Below, in pieces: positions 61,710 through 64,000 of a DNA stretch of 64,000 nt (positions within the stretch are counted from its first letter, which is position 1; every line of letters begins with the position of its first letter). The notes below the pieces were generated by a model, which had not been told where the DNA came from, did no database searches, and was given only the letters and a program-made list of their open reading frames with translations. Position numbers and translations under genes: made by a program. The stretch is taken from assembly GCF_009914755.1 (NCBI RefSeq), contig NC_060935.1, one strand, 5' to 3'. The DNA is from the human T2T-CHM13v2.0 reference genome, Homo sapiens.

Positions 61710-63439
61710 TCATTTACTGAATTCCTTCTTCGAGCCTGGGCCTGCACTAGGCACAGAGTACAGCCCTTGTCCTTGGGCAGTGCCCAGCTTTGTGGGTTAG
61801 GGAAAGGGCCAGAGGTAGAGAGGAGCACCAAGAAAGGGTTCCTACCTTAGACTGTCAATTTTTCCCAGAGGACAGAGCTAAGGAACAAACTTTTGTAAAG
61901 AATTGGAACAAACAGTTGTAATCATCAACTAAGGGTGATTGTGAAAAAGAGACAGTGGACTGTAAAGAAGCAAAACACAGAATGATGGTAACTGTAGCTC
62001 TTCTTATGTAAGAGAGCCTGGAGCTCTGTACACAAGGATTTAGTGTGTAATATTACCTCTCAGAAGAAACTGGACTTGAGGCTGTGGGCCAGTACCCCTG
62101 TACCTTGCATTAAGAACCTAATAAGTGAAAATTCAGAATTACAACCCAAACTCGATGAGGGAATTGGCCCAGGGAGGTTGAGTGATTTTCTTGAATCGCA
62201 CATTTAGTTGGTGGCAGAGCCAGGATAATAATGAAGGACCTTGAACTTCGCTCAGTCCGTGAGTTTTTTTCTATTACTCCATCGGTAATTATTTCCTTTA
62301 CTAAAATGTACATTCTTATGATATCTTTAAAATCATGCTCACCCTTGTATTTAACAAATGATTTACTAACAGTTGATTTACATACAATTTTTAAGGAACA
62401 TATTTATAGCATAGAAAGTGGTGCAGAGGGTTTTACCAAATTTCTCTGGGGTGTCCAGGTCCCCTGGTCCTTCCAGAGGTGCGTATTCATAAGTAAATGT
62501 TGGCATTCTGTCATCCATTTTTTCCAGATGTTCTTCCCAAGTAGTGTGTTATGTTTTGTGTTTTTAATATTTCTCATACACGTTTTTAAAAATCTGGGCA
62601 CATAAATCCTAATAAAACTCTCAACTATCTCCTCTGTGCTGTCTCAAATTTCTGAGTATGCTTATATTCATGACACAGTGTCTGAAGTCATGAATGCTAT
62701 CACATAATAAGGACTTATATCCCTAAACCCCAGTCTTATGTTTCTAGATGTTCTGAAAATTCTTCACACTTCACTTATAAATGCCGCTATACTGTACCAT
62801 GACATTTCCATGGTAACATATATTTCAAACATGAAAACAAGAAGCCCAAGGAAAAGGGAAGTTGGTTTCCAATGCATAAATTAAAAAATTAAAAATTGTA
62901 GAATACATAAAATGAGGTGATGGGTGTAGTATAAGGGGATACAATTAGGGGACTGTATATTTTATTCTACTTTGACCTCTCCTGAACAGAATGTTCCTGT
63001 AGGCTCACCTTAGGGATGGGCAGTATCTACCACCCTCCCAGTGGCCCAATCTTGGAATCATGTTTTCTTTGACCCTGACATCCTGGCAGGTCCATGTGAT
63101 TTCCCTAACATCTCTTACTGTCACCTACTGCAACTGGACAGGGGTGGTCACCCACCTCTCACCTCACTGTCTGAAGACCATCCCCTACACTGCTCCTGTG
63201 CTATTTGGCTTGGAGTTTGCTGAAAACTGGAGACTTTTGGACACCAACTTTTTGAGCTAGCTCAATCATGCCCCACTTTGTGCCTGGAATCCCTCTCTGC
63301 TGCCATCCACCTGGGAAACTCCCCTTTTGGACTCAAGCCTCAGCCTCACCATTGCTGTTCTCCCCCACCACCCACCAACCCACTCAGTGAAGCAGCCACC
63401 CTCCCCTACCACCATGTAAAATGCACATTCTTTAATTTT

Positions 63440-64000
<561 letters not shown>

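Overview
Primate (human-like) genomic DNA, dense in Alu, L1, MIR, LTR and DNA-transposon fossils. It contains the complete intron-bearing THAP12 (PRKRIR/p52rIPK) gene on the minus strand. I reconstructed 5 coding exons with GT-AG boundaries (89+121+108+37+1931 nt = 2286 nt = 761 aa + stop), encoding an N-terminal C2CH THAP zinc finger fused to a hAT-type transposase body. Head-to-head with it, across a CpG island with a perfect NRF1 site (ATGs about 1 kb apart), is the first coding exon of GVQW3 on the plus strand. That exon encodes an intact mariner-type bipartite HTH DNA-binding domain. Mariner homology can be followed to a mutated first catalytic motif (TGDETW -> TGSETW), and two splice donors sit at transposase domain boundaries. 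The main point of interest is therefore two apparently catalytically disabled, domesticated DNA transposases from different superfamilies sharing one bidirectional promoter. The rest is repeat archaeology: a near-complete MSTA MaLR provirus, solo LTRs, Charlie/MER58/MER20/MER2 elements, about 40 Alus (only a selection listed) and small duplications. Gene names and repeat subfamilies come from recognition, not a database search, and repeat boundaries are approximate unless a TSD is quoted.
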